This document shows positions 26,383 to 43,048 of a DNA stretch of 64,000 nt, piece by piece; within the stretch, counting starts at the first letter, position 1; the number at the start of each line of letters is the position of its first letter. Below the pieces are notes generated by a model. The model was not told the origin of the DNA, did not search any database, and saw only the letters and a list, made by a program, of their open reading frames with translations. The DNA comes from the human T2T-CHM13v2.0 reference genome, Homo sapiens. A program made the translations under genes and the position numbers. The stretch lies in assembly GCF_009914755.1 (NCBI RefSeq), contig NC_060947.1, one strand, 5' to 3'.

Positions 26383-29300
26383 TTTACTTAATCTGATGAG
26401 ACTCCGATTTAGGATACTCATTAGTGATGATAGTTTTGTGTCACTCCTCCTAAGTAATGTATCTTAAGACAAGAAAAACAGAAAAGTGGGAATAACAGTT
26501 GGTAGAAAAGGTTTAAGGAGGCAACCTGTCAACACTTCTCATTATCTGGGAAATTGGAATACCAGATATTTCAATCCTCGAGGCTGAAAGAGTTTTTGTT
26601 TGTTTGTTTGAATTAGCATAGGTATCAAAGGTAGAAGAGAGATTTAACAGTTTGCAAAGAAACATAAAAATAGGGAAGACAGCTTGATACAGTGGACTGA
26701 GGGGCAGGAGATACAGGCGAGAGCCATGATATTATCTTTAACTTGCCATTAACTTGAGAAGATCTGTGAGATTCAGCCTTTTTCCTGGTAAATGCAAAGG
26801 ATGGGACTACATGGTTTCTATATATTTTTCTGACAGAAAATGCTGTGAAACTTATGAATAATGAAATCTGCAGTAGGAGAAATTTGATTTAATTACAAAG
26901 AAAGTTTTTCAGAGCATAGGAGGTTGAGAAAGTTTGAGGGATGTTACATAGTGATAAATTGTACTGGAAGAGTAATATAGTTGAGATATGTAACAGGTAT
27001 AATACACTTATATGTGTAATATAAAACCTTTATACATATAATTATATATATGTTACATATGCATGGGTAATATAACATAATATTAATTATAGTAATACCA
27101 AAAAAGATTTTATGTACCACAGAATTTCAGAGTAGGAAGCACTTAGAACCAACTCTCTCAGTTCTTTACCTATAAATTTTAATTATCTCAAATATATAAG
27201 CCCTGAAATTCCGTGATGTATAATATCTTTTTTAATTGAAACACAAGACTATCTGATTCAGCAGAGAATTCTCACAGCAGTGAATGTCCTACATCTTCCC
27301 CAAAGTGCCTTATAATCTGCTCTACCCTAGGAGATGTTTGTCCTCCTCTTACCAGCTGCTATTTTCTAATCTTCTGATATTTAAAGAGTGAATAAAAAAT
27401 CTAGGGGCAGTTTATTTACGAAAATAAGCTAGTCCTTGTTACAGCAAAATGAGAACAAAATGATTATTTTCACCAGAAATAAAACACAATGAGACTTGAA
27501 ACTAGGAACAATATTTAGTTTTGTTCAATAACACCTAATTACTGAGGTTTTGTTGACAGAATATAAATACACTTGACAGAATCATACATTAATTTTTTAT
27601 ACTCCATCCACTCTAATTTTAAGAGATAGTTATCTTAATTATAATTAACATACTAAAAGTACATTTAAAATGACATTATGCTAGAAACAAATCTGTGAAA
27701 GCAAATAAATTCAAGAATGAAGCTAATGTTTTATTCTTTAACTATATTGTTAAAGCTTAACTAATGGAGGCATTAGAACTGGTCATCTCCAATTAGGTCA
27801 GAAAGTCTTTTTCCCAAAACAGGAAAAGAAGTAAATGGTGGAATGCCATCTGTTATCCTCATACATAAAATAAAACAAGTGAACTATTCAAAGTTACTTT
27901 AAAGTATAGTATTCTAGTGAATAATCTGGGTTTCAATTATGGTAGGGCAGTTTGAAAAGTAATACACAGTTCAAAAAAGGTTATATGCTGAAAATATTAC
28001 AAGTTTTTCCAAAGTCTGATCCTAGAAAATAATTATGAAATAAACCAAGTTGTCCACTCTGATTGCTTTTATCCTCCTTCTCCCTTTCTCCCTCCAGTAT
28101 TCTATCCAAGTTTCTCTAATTGCTCTGTGGTTTTTATAAACAACTACTTGTCAATTTTAATAAAAAAACATAAGTTTTATTTTAATTTTAAATAGTCAAA
28201 ATAAATTTAATTCATTCTTAGTCATATGAATTTGGTGAACGTAGAATAAATATGCATGTGTATATGTGCATATGTGCATAAGAAAGACCATTGCTTGGTG
28301 GATGGCACTCTTGGTTTAAACAGTTTTAATTGATCCTTGGACAGAGGATTTGCAAATTTAGGAAACTAGGTAATTTAGAAAACTTCATGGTTTCTTAGAC
28401 TATCTGCAAGGACAGGATGTGTGATGGACTAACAATTTGTTTCTGGCTAATCAAAACTGACAGTAGTGATTTGCACCCTCAGGGCTGGAAGTGTGTTAAT
28501 TATAACTTAAGTGTGTTCACCTTGAGTGTAAAGTGTTTGTATATTAGGCAAAATTTTACAAGGGAAGACATATCTTGTAAACAACATTTCTGAATTTTAT
28601 AATTTTGAAAACATATTAATAAGAATAATATATTAATTGCAATATAACCATTTAATAAGATTTTTTTCTGAAGAAAAGTACAAATAAGATTAAATATACT
28701 TGGGTCTGGAAAGAGAACAGTATGTAACAGAATAGGAATTCATTTCTGAGTAAAAAATAATTTATTTAGAATGTATGCAGAATTTTGTTTCAGACAAGAT
28801 GTTCCATTGAATTGAGTTTTTATATAAAATTTATTTGAAATATAATATAACACAATCAGGGAAATATCAGTCATAGTGTAAGTTATTATTAAATTTTCAA
28901 GTGTTATTATTTAAAAAATAGAGTTAAAAATCCAATGCCATTATAAATAGAAAATAACTGCAAAGTGAAAATGGAACAAGTTACTGAATAATGCATCAGT
29001 TAAAGAGGTTTTCGATGGAATGTTCACTGCCCATAAAGAGTGCAGACTGTATAAATAAATAAACTCCTAGGTGTGATTGTTCCCTTTACTTAGTGGCATG
29101 AAAAGTGAACGCACCCTGACTCACCCTGGTGAAAGGGTATGAAAGCAGTAAGGCATGTCTCTTCAGAAAAAAATCACATAGGGAGTGCAAATATTTCAGA
29201 TGAGCAGGGATATTTTTGACCGGTTTTCAGTATCTTTGTCAAATATCCAAAAAAGGGTATTTAGTAGCATAAGTATTACAAGGATAGAAATTAACAAAAG

Positions 29301-29524
29301 CAAGTGTCATTTACTTCCAAACTTTATTTCTAGTTTGGGGTAATTTGGCATAATGAACTTCAATCATTTAGGTAAGCTTTCCCATCTCATATATATAGCA
29401 TGTTTACCCAACTGCTATTAAGATGTTGTAAGCATATTTACAGTTACATGCTCTCTGGAGCACAATTAGCCACCGGTAATCTGCAATTAAAATGAGAAAA
29501 TTTTCTTCAGTGTCCCTGATATGG

Positions 29525-29932
29525 TTTATTTTTATTTATTTTTAAACTAAAATTATTTTAAATTGACAAATCATAGTTGTATACATTCATAGGTATGATG
29601 TGATGTTTTCATATATGTATGTAATGTGAAATGATTAAATCAAGCTAAATAACATATCCAATGCCTCACTTACTTATTTTTTGTGGTGAGGCATTTGAGA
29701 TTTACTCCTTGTTTTGAAATATACATTTTTATTGACAATAGTTGCTCTGTTGTGCAATACATCTCAAAACTTATTCCTCCGGTATAACTGAAACTTTATA
29801 CCCTTTGGCCTACAATCCCCCAATTTATTCCCTCACCCTAGCCTCTGGTAACCACCATCCTACTCTCCACTCTTATGAGTTCAACTTTTTTAGATTTCAC
29901 ATATAAATGAGAGAACATGGTATTTGTCTTTC
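29525..29932 (-). mobile_element. L1MA (about L1MA8/9) 3' UTR
   Basis: T-rich tail followed by 'aaattgacaaat...aaatgattaaatcaagctaaataacatatcc...ttttgtggtgag'. Confidence 0.75.
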
Positions 29933-30137
29933 ATTTCATATTCATATTTTCTTTATCCACTCATTGGTTGATGAGCATTTAGGCTAATTTCATATTTTTC
30001 ATATTTTGCAATTGTGAATTTTGCTGCTATAAACATGCACGTGCAAGTGTCTTTTTCATATAATGACTTCTTTTCCTCTGGATAGATACCCAGTAATGGG
30101 ATTGCTGGATCAAATGGTAGTTCTACTTTTAGCTCCT

Positions 30138-31105
30138 TGTGGGGAAAAGCAAGAGAGATCAGATTGTTACTGTGTCTGTGTAGAAAGAAGTAGACATAGG
30201 AGACTCCATTTTGTTATGTACTAAGAAAAATTCTTCTGCCTTGAGATTCTGTTAATCTATAACCTTACCCCCAACCCTGTGCTCTCTGAAACATGTGCTC
30301 TGTCAACTCAGAGTTAAATGGATTAAGGGCGGTGCAAGATGTGCTTTGTTAAACAGATGCTTGAAGGCAGCATGCTCCTTAAGAGTCATCACCACTCCCT
30401 AATCTCAAGTACCCAGGGACACAAAAACTGCGGAAGGCCGCAGGGACCTCTGCCTAGGAAAGCCAGGTATTGTCCAAGGTTTCTCCCCATGTGATAGTCT
30501 GAAATATGGCCTCGTGGGAAGGGAAAGACCTGACCGTCCCCCAGCCCGACACCCGTAAAGGGTCTGTGCTGAGGAGGATTAGTAAAAGAGGAAGGAACGC
30601 CTCTTGCAGTTGAGACAAGAGGAAGGCATCTGTCTCCTGCCTGTCCCTGGGCAATGGAATGTCTCGGTATAAAACCCGATTGTATGCTCCATCTACTGAG
30701 ATAGGGAAAAACCGCCTTAGGGCTGGAGGTGGGACCTGCGGGCAGCAATACTGCTTTGTAAAGCATTGAGATGTTTATGTGTATGCATATCTAAAAGCAC
30801 AGCACTTAATCCTTTACATTGTCTATGATGCAAAGACCTTTGTTCACGTGTTTGTCTGCTGACCCTCTCCCCACAATTGTCTTGTGACCCTGACACATCC
30901 CCCTCTTTGAGAAACACCCACAGATGATCAATAAATACTAAGGGAACTCAGAGGCTGGCGGGATCCTCCATATGCTGAACGCTGGTTCCCCGGGTCCCCT
31001 TATTTCTTTCTCTATACTTTGTCTCTGTGTCTTTTTCTTTTCCAAATCTCTCGTCCCACCTTACGAGAAACACCCACAGGTGTGTAGGGGCAACCCACCC
31101 CTACA
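30138..31105 (+). mobile_element. HERV-K(HML-2) LTR5_Hs solo LTR, 968 bp
   Basis: Starts TGTGGGGAAAAGCAAGAGAG and ends CAACCCACCCCTACA. 6-bp TSD GCTCCT at 30132-30137 and 31106-31111. CpGs are retained. AATAAA at ~30930. Confidence 0.98.
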
Positions 31106-31557
31106 GCTCCTTAAGGATTTTCCATATTGTTTTTTATGGTGATTCCACTAGTTTACATTACCACCAGCAGTGTAAAAGTGTTCCCTTTCACCACACCCAC
31201 ACCAACATCTATAATTTTTTGATTTTTTAAATTATGGACATTATTGCAAGAGTAAGGTGTTATCACATTGTGGTTTTGATTTGCATTTCCTGGATAATTA
31301 GTGATGTCGAGCATTTATTCATATGTTTGCTGGATATTTGTATATCTTCTTTTGAGAATTGTCTATTCATGTTCCTAGCCCACTTTTCTATGGAATTATT
31401 ATTTTTTTTCCTTGCTAATTTGTTTGTGTTCCTTGTGGATTCTAGATGTTAGTCTTTTGTCCAATACATAGTTTGCAAAGATTTTTCTCCCACTCTGTGG
31501 GTTGTCTGTTTACTCTGCTGATTATTTCTTTTGCTGTACAGAAGCTGTTTAGTTTAA

Positions 31558-31684
31558 ACTTATGCCTAGTGTTCTATTATTAGAACGTTAAACATCTGGG
31601 AGTTATTTATATTCTACTGATCAAGTTCATCGCCAAGGTCTGATAGCAAAAATTCAAAAAATTGCAACCTCAGGCATAAATGGA
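31558..31684 (-). mobile_element. MER85 piggyBac-family MITE
   Basis: Flanked by TTAA (31554-31557 and 31685-31688). TIR remnants 'ttatgcct' and 'aggcataaatgga'. Body 'gggagttatttatat...catcgccaaggtctga..gcaaaaattcaaaaaattgcaacctc'. Confidence 0.92.
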
Positions 31685-32278
31685 TTAATAACATCCCATC
31701 TATTTATCTTTGTTTTTGTTGCATTTGCTTTTGCGTTCTTGGTCATGAACTCTTTGCCTAGGCCAATGTCTAGAAGAGTTTCTCCAATGTTATCTTCTAG
31801 AATTGTTATGGTCAGGTCTTAGATTTAAGTCTTTGTTCCATCTTGATTTGATTTTTGTATGAGGTGAGAGATGAGGATGCAGTTTCAGTTCTTCTACATG
31901 TGGCATGCCAATTATCCCAGCAATATTTGTTGAAGAGTTTGTCCTTTCCATGCTTTATGTTTTTGTTTGCTTCATTGATGATCAGCTGGATACAAGTATT
32001 TGGCCTTATTTCTGGGTTCTCTATTCTGTTCCATTGGTCTACATGCCTGTTTTTATACCAGTACTATGCTGTTTTGGTTATAGCCTTGTAGTATAGTTTG
32101 AAGTCAGGTAATGTGATACCTCCCAATTTGTTCTTTTTGCTTAGTCTTTCTTTGGCTATGTGAGCTCTTTTTATTGGTTCCATATGAATTTTGGGATTGC
32201 TTTTTCTAGTTCTGTGAAGAATGATGATGGTATTTTAATGGGAATTTCATTGAATTTGTAGATTGCTTTTGGTAGTAT

Positions 32279-32916
32279 TGTTGCAGTCTCACCAATGCAC
32301 CTTAATGTAGCAGTTTCTCATTGTCTGAACTAGTATCCCGGGTTCTTTGTCATATCCAAGAAAATTAAGGAATGCAGACACAAAGGTGGAGTTGGAGCAA
32401 AAGTTTAACAATTGAAAAAAAAAAGCACTCCACAGTAGAGAGGGGAGTCCGAGTGGATTGCCGGGTTACAGCTCAATTCAAAAGTTTTTATAAGAAACTC
32501 CTCTCATCTCTGTAGCAGTTTGAGTAATTTCTCTTATCAGTAAAGCTATCTGTGCAACTCCCCTTATCTCATGCAGCTGTGCGTATGTCTCTAGGCAAGC
32601 ACAAAAAGCCATTTCTCTTGTTTATATAATGGTAGGTTGTTTTAGATAAGCCCCCCTCCTCTCTGTGTAAGTTCCCACCATATTTATGCCTGAAAAGGGG
32701 AGAAAACTTTTTCCTGGGAGCTCGCTAATTAGAAAAAGAGGAAAGAATGTCTGTGTTGGACCCTGTTTTGCTTATCCAGGTGCAGCCTGAGTTTTTTTTT
32801 TTTTTTTTTTTTCCCCAGGTTGTTTTATTTTTGCCTGTTGCCGTGACTTTTCAGACAGTCTGCTTCTGTAGTCTGAATTTTTCCCAAATGTTTTTTTTTT
32901 CCTTCCTTCTCCCTTA
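32279..32916 (-). mobile_element. 3' LTR of the ERV1 provirus
   Basis: Aligns along its length with 43049-43678 and abuts the PPT. Confidence 0.92.
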
Positions 32917-35829
32917 TTCCCTACCTCAGGAGTGGAAACCCTAACTGTTGTTAGGGAGATAGGGCATTGATCTTTCTGTCTACTTCCTGCTGGAGAGGGG
33001 CATTGTGTGGGGAGCAGCAGCTAGGATTCCTCCAGGGGCTGGTTTAAGTGTCCTCAGTTGAAAGGCATGTCTATGCATGGTTCCATTTGCATTACCATTT
33101 GGAGCTTGATAGCTTTTAGGTGGAAAGAAACAATTTGGGTTATTAGTGATTATGTATTAAAACGAGACAAGGAGGAGGTAAGGACAACTTAAAAACCCTG
33201 AGTCTGCTGACATGCCCTGATAACTGGTGGCTATAGTTAGCCCGTTAAGATTTGGGTGCATGGGGCTTAGCTTTGTTTAGCTTCCTTGGTCTTACTTTCC
33301 CAAAAAGGTAACCTCAGGGTTATAGGTTACCTGGCAGGATATGTAGACTAGTTGCCCAGAACTAGAACATTGTACCAGATTTTTACATTACCCATCCCTT
33401 TCTGTTTCCTCTGAGCTGCAGCCAGAGATTACTGGTTGGCTTGTAGGAATAAGCAGGGTTAGTTTCAAATGTAGGCAAGAACTTAAAAACAACTAATAAG
33501 ACTAGAAGTCAATGACAGATGTATGATAAGTTTGGAACATCGTTTCCCTCTTTTTAGTCCTCATTTCTGTTAAAAAATATGATAGGACTATTTTGTTTCC
33601 AAAATACACTTTAGTTTTAAACTTGGTCTGATTATTTGCATAAAGTGCAGCAAGAATAATTATTTTTACATAGGCCTTTTAGATTGGCTTTGATGGAACT
33701 TTATTCCACAAGGAATCTCAGATAGGACTTTTTAAAGCCGAGCCCAGACATGTTTTTATACCCTCAAATACTTGTGAGTTGGGTAAACTTCTTTCTTCTT
33801 GATGTTCCAGGAGCGTGGGTATCCTATGCCTGCTAGAAAGTGACATTCTTTAATCCCACAAGTCAGGAACCCTGTACAGGGGCTGTGTAGACAAAGTATG
33901 AGGCTAGTTTTTCCAAGGGGCTTTTATTGGCTCTGCAAGTCAATTTTGATTCTTCAAAGGGGAACACACCCTTTCAGTCAAAGACTTGGTAAAACAACCA
34001 ATCTTTCCAATTATGTCCTGTTGCAAAATAAAATGGATTCGTATTGCACTGATGCAAACAACTATATTGTTATAAGCTAAGAATACTCACAACCAGTTTC
34101 TGAATTTTAGAGGAACCCGGCAGAGAGAAACAAACATGTTCCAAACCTTGCTTACAGGAGTGTACCTTACTCAGTTGTTAAAGGCTGTAGCTAGCTTAGG
34201 ACAAGTTTCCTTGACTCAGACAGAGAAAATAAGAATCAGCAATGTTCCAACATAAGTTAAAAAAATTGCTTTAGTTTTCTATTAATTTAGTCTTTTCCAT
34301 TAACTCTTGTTCTGCTTGATATTAGTAAACATTTCAGCTTTTTTGAGTCTTGTACGTTTTTCTGTTACCAGAAATCTGTATTTGAGAGCACCTGTTAAAG
34401 TTCCACAGCTGATTATAAACTATTTTTTTTAAGAAGAAGATTAAAACAAGACAACAATTGTCTGTAAATGACAAAATATACAGGATGGTTACAGGCAAAA
34501 ACATGATTTACAAATTTGGTTATTTTCCTGGCTTACAATAACCCAATATAACAAGCTTAATTGTAATTAATAGCACATATTCATACACTAGAACCTTAGA
34601 CATCCCATACAGTTTCGGAACATATGTTAATATTATTCCCTAAATTGTAACCTGAAGAGCATTAGACATCATTTTACCAATTCCATGTACCTAAACATGT
34701 TAAATAATCCTGTTTGCTTCTCTTCCGGATGTTCCAGGGGCCCTCTGTAGCACCCAAAAGCTAGGGGTCAGGAAAGACAGCCTTGAGACCAAAGTTTGAT
34801 TTGGGGAAGTCTGTTAAACATGTTCAAAATTTAAAACACTTGATATTATGAAATATAATTTTAGATTATCGTAAGTTATTTGTTTTGCCAAAATGATGAG
34901 CCAAAAATTTGAAAAAGCGAAAAGCATTCATCAGCCTTTAATATGACATGAAAATCCTATTCAAGAGAGAAAGTTAAATTTCACCCTTGCATTAGCTTAC
35001 TATTAATGTTAAACCCAATTTTTAATAAAACTTTATAGGCAATCCTATTTAATTTTACCAGTTTGACCATGAAGTAAGATTTTCACAAACCTTTTGTAAC
35101 TCTCTAAAAATTTTGCTGAAGAGCAGATTGGCATCTTAAGAAAACCTGTGCTTTTATTTTAATTTTTAATTTAAAGAAAAAACATATAATACCCTTTTGA
35201 ATGTAGTTAATATGTTTCCACACAGAGCTTCTTTTGCAAGATTAATTTTTACAGTCTTGTCACAATTTGCTTAAACCTTTTACTTTATTTTATTTAATGT
35301 AAGACAACTTTTTCTACCTAGGCAAAATGTACATTTCCATACCTTCTTATAATCTTTAATCAACACCTTTTAATGTTTTTACACACCTTGCATGCAAATC
35401 CATGTTCAGTAGTTTCAATTACATATTATAATGGTAACTCTTAGTAATGTTTAACTTTAATGTAAAACCTAGTAGGTTGTTTTGATTATGTGCTAGATGA
35501 AGATAAAATTTGACTCCTCTTAGCATAGTTGGGGATGTGGTTACTTTCATTTGTTCCCAGGCTTTACCAGTAGTGAAGCAGGCAAGGTAACAGTTTTTAA
35601 AGGCTAAAGAAGCAGTTTACAACCTTAAAACACTTAGCAAACCTATTGTCTGACCTGTGTAATTTCGATTGCATTTTTACATCTTGAAGACATTTGTATT
35701 TTACCAAGAACTCCTAAGACTGTTTATATTTTTAAAGATTAAAGTTACGTGAACTGAAAGGTACTACAGCTTTCACATTTTTCTTAAAAATATTTTATTT
35801 AAGTGCTTATTTTTATGCCAATTAATTAG

Positions 35830-36381
<552 letters not shown>

Positions 36382-36799
36382 AACAGAGTTCCCAGGGCCT
36401 AGTAAACAAGCATAGCTAGAAGACAAAGACAGATTTTGAGAGGGACTTATCCACCTGTAATTCTAGGGGTTCCATGAGGAAAACACAGATTTCTCCAAAA
36501 CTGGGATCTGTGGTGCCTTGTCTGTTTTCCCAAGGAGTCCCAGGCCACCAGAAGTTATTCTACGTTCTTCCATGGATGCACCAACAATGGCAAGACACAG
36601 TGAATAAAGTAATTTAGTCAACTGAGAAAAAAAACAAAAACAAAAACCTTTTCCAGGGAAACAAGATCTATGAAGAGAAAAACATAAAGGGCTTTTAAAT
36701 ATACGTATAGCTTAGATATCCACTTTCAATTAAGCTGAGTGATCTTTAAGAAAATTATTTTTTATTAAAACTTTACAGAGAATGTAAACAGTGATTCTA

Positions 36800-37640
36800 T
36801 TTCTTTTACCAATTTGCTTCACTACCTGTTCACAATTATGTTCAGGTTCTCCAGTTTCCTCTGGGAGAAAGTGGCTCAGGCAAGGGCGGGTTTTCAACTG
36901 GACTGCAGTTCCCTCTAGCAGCAAAGCTTGATACTTGAGGAGGCAATTGTTTGTTAGCCAGAGCCTTTCCTCAGAAGACAGCAGTCCTGCTGCACTGTGT
37001 GAGATGTAAACAGTTAAGTTATTCCCCGTGTTTAACCCAGTGGCCTCTGGCACCAGCAAAGCCAGAACTGCAGCTGCTTGGAGGCAGTATGACCATCCTT
37101 TAGCCACCAAGTTAAGTTCCTTGCTTAAATAACCCAGTGGCTGTGGAGCCAGACCTCAAGCCTTGGTTAAAACTTCCAGGGCCATTTCCTTCCTTTATGA
37201 CACATACAGACTGGATGCTTTCCCGCTGGCAAGAATGAAGGCTGGTGTTTTAAGTAAGGCTTGCTTTAACTGGTTAAAGTCTTTTTCAGCCTCAAGTTCC
37301 CAAGGTGGGGGTGGTGAGTTTTAACTGTTTGAGTTTCTCTTATGAGGTGGTATAAAGAGTGAGACATTTTCCTGTACCCAGGTACTTACAGTCTACAAAA
37401 TCCAGTAATGCCTAAGAATCCCCTCAACTGTTAAAGAAAATAGACTTAACCCCTTCCTCACCTGGTGCTCTAGTCCCTTCTGATAAGACCGAACCTAGGT
37501 ACATTACTAAAGTTTGACAGAGCTGAGATTTAGATTTTGAGACCTTATATTCCCTTTCAGCTACGAAATTGAAGAAAGTCTTAGTGCCCTACTGAGACCT
37601 CCTTGGTTGGGGCACAGAGGATAGTATCCTTTATATGCTG
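36800..37640 (-). pseudogene. ERV pol remnant (RT C-terminus/connection region)
   Basis: ORF 36730-37110 VAKGWSYCLQAAAVLALLVPEAT...GNNLTVY...LLKYQALLLEG...EPEHNCEQV resembles gammaretroviral (HERV-W/ERV9-like) Pol. Frameshifted and truncated. Confidence 0.85.
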
Positions 37641-37699
37641 CTAAGTTTCAACTTGAGAGTGAGAAAAACTAGAAAGATTTTTAGACAGGGCTTGTTTCA

Positions 37700-38250
37700 G
37701 CATCTTTCTTCCAATATTAGGGGCTGCCTGAGTAATGAACCTGTTCTTTATTGAATTGGGAGACAGAGAGGTGTGTTTTATTAAAGCTTCTCTTAGCCTT
37801 TTCAAAAAGGCAAGGACATTTTCATCTGGTTTCTGGTTTAACAAGGATAGTTTAGAGTAATTAAGAGGTTTGATTCTGGTTCTTTGCAAGCCTTTTATAA
37901 TGCACATCAGAAAATGTTTTCTTTTCCACCCATTTATGGGATTACTAGGGCTCAAATTAGGATTTTTAAAGGGGCACTGTTTCTCTTTCTGTTGGCAATG
38001 GGGATTCTGTTTCTCTCTTACTTTTTTTTTCTTTAGACTTTTGCCTTTCAAGACTTTTAGACTGGCTATAGGAGAAATGTTGTTTATCTCCAAATGTTTC
38101 TGCTGGCTGTAAGGCTGCCTGTTTTGCTGTAACAGTTAGGGTTTGACTTAAGAATAGCACAGCATCTCTCCATGTAATATTAAACACTTGGATTACATTT
38201 TGGAAAGTCTCTATATATTTATCAGGGTTATCAGAGAACCTTCCCTTTTA
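37700..38250 (-). pseudogene. ERV gag (capsid) remnant
   Basis: FNITWRDAVLFLSQTLT plus major-homology-region-like NYSKLSLLNQKPDENVLAFLKRLREAL in ORFs 37966-38187 and 37641-38093. Confidence 0.85.
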
Positions 38251-39239
38251 TTTATCTAAGGTCCTGCAATAATAAGAAGGGAACTTGAGGTGGTCCCAAA
38301 TGGCGGGGATTCTCAGATGGTTCCTCTGGAAGTTGCTTTTCTAATTCTGGGGAATTATTCTCTATGGGCCTGCCTGATATGACTGATAAAAAAGCTGGGT
38401 TGACCTTACGATGCTTGAAAAGGTTTAGTAAAAATACCATGCCCACGTGCAAAAGAAAATGAGTTGCTTTTCTCTTTAAAGTCCTGTGGTCAAAGGAGTT
38501 CCAGTGTTGCAGGGTGCACTCCAGAAGGGTGCAAGCTGAAGTTGGTCTGTTATCTATCTAGAAAAAGAGACAGAAAAGAGGCATTCTTCAGTCTTCTTGT
38601 TCTTTTCCGTGTGACCCAGGGTGAAGGGAAAGACAGTGGGAGTGTCCCCTGAACTGTTCTCAGTCTTTGGTTCCTGGGTCCCAACACCGTATGTGCCACC
38701 CTATGGGTGCAGGCATGACCCTCAAACCATGGTACCAGAGGAGCTAAGCAATGGATCTAGTCATGCTTACCAATGTGACATTAGTCTGCTGCTTGGTAAT
38801 TAGGTAATTACCCTTTGATTTCCTAGACATTTGTGGTCTGTGTGACTCCTTGATGGATGGATCTTGGGAGAGACTACGTAACAATTGCATTTAGGCAAGG
38901 CCTCTTAATGGAGGAAGTGTACTGGATTGAGCTTTATACTCTGCTATTATGGACTAGACTAGAGAATTTATTCTTAGGTGGTGGCTCTGGTTAACTTCCA
39001 GACATAAAATCCACTTTCTATTTAGATGCCATTCTAGTCATAGGCAGAATAGGTGTCTCAAGAAAACATAAGGGTCAAATGGTGGCCTTCCTGCTAATGG
39101 AGTAGTATTGAGATGAAAATTTGTTTTTGATGGACATTTTTCTCCTCACTGCGGAAAGCAGAATTCTCTTGCTTGCAGAGAGGGCATAAAGATTGGTTTC
39201 TAGCAGAGATATGTTAAAGGGAGAAGAACTGGAAAGCTA

Positions 39240-42254
<3,015 letters not shown>

Positions 42255-43024
42255 TAAATACCAGGCAGTAACTTTGCTTCCATATCCTCTCTAAACAGAG
42301 GATGGACAGGGAAGTCTGACATGTGGCAAGCCGTCCCCACAGCATGCCTCCCAGCAGAAGGAAATTGACTTGTCTCATGAAGTAACTGTTTAAATTTATT
42401 GGGCAGTGCTGGGCTTTTACGTGGAGGGAAGAAACAACCCAAATGGAGAGGGAAACAATCCAAATAGAGAGGGAAGAGGATATTCACTTGGGGTGAAATA
42501 TCCCCCTATGCAGTGCCATGAATGTCTATGATTGGGTACAAAAAGCCCTCACTAGGTGAAAATTTAGACTGAAATCCTGAAGTCCCCTCTCTCAAAGAAA
42601 TCACAACGTCAGCAATTCTTTAAGTTACATTCCTGATTCCTAAGACACCAACTAACTCTAACCAGCAAGATTATATCTCCAGGTTGCAGAAACACCCACA
42701 ACATTGTATATACAAAGAAGGGATAGGAGACGTGATAGCCAGAAGAGGAGAGAGGAAAATGCAGTAGGAAGGGACGGGAGGCTCTTGTGCCAACACCCTG
42801 ATGAGCTGTTGGGGACTGGAGTCTAAGGTCCTTCAGATAACACTGGGGTGTAGCCCCAGCCAGAAATCTTCAGTTGTCCTAGGACCTCCTTCAAATCCCA
42901 CACTATGGCTTAGAGCTTCTGTGAAAGGAAACTAGATTGTGATAGACTAGAAGTCTCAGAAATGAAAGTAAAGAGTTAAAGTAAAACATCTGCTCTTACT
43001 CACCTTTCTGATGAATTCTCTTTT

Positions 43025-43042
43025 TTCCAGCCAAATGCACCA
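43025..43042 (-). promoter_or_regulatory. Primer-binding site complementary to the tRNA-Gly 3' end
   Basis: Minus strand reads TGGTGCATTTGGCTGGAA versus the tRNA-Gly(GCC) complement TGGTGCATTGGCCGGGAA, 6 nt from the 5' LTR. Confidence 0.8.
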
Positions 43043-43048
43043 AGTATA

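Noticed and set aside
30389-30917. Several minus-strand ORFs up to 125 aa
   Set aside because: They lie wholly inside the LTR5_Hs LTR and resemble no known protein.
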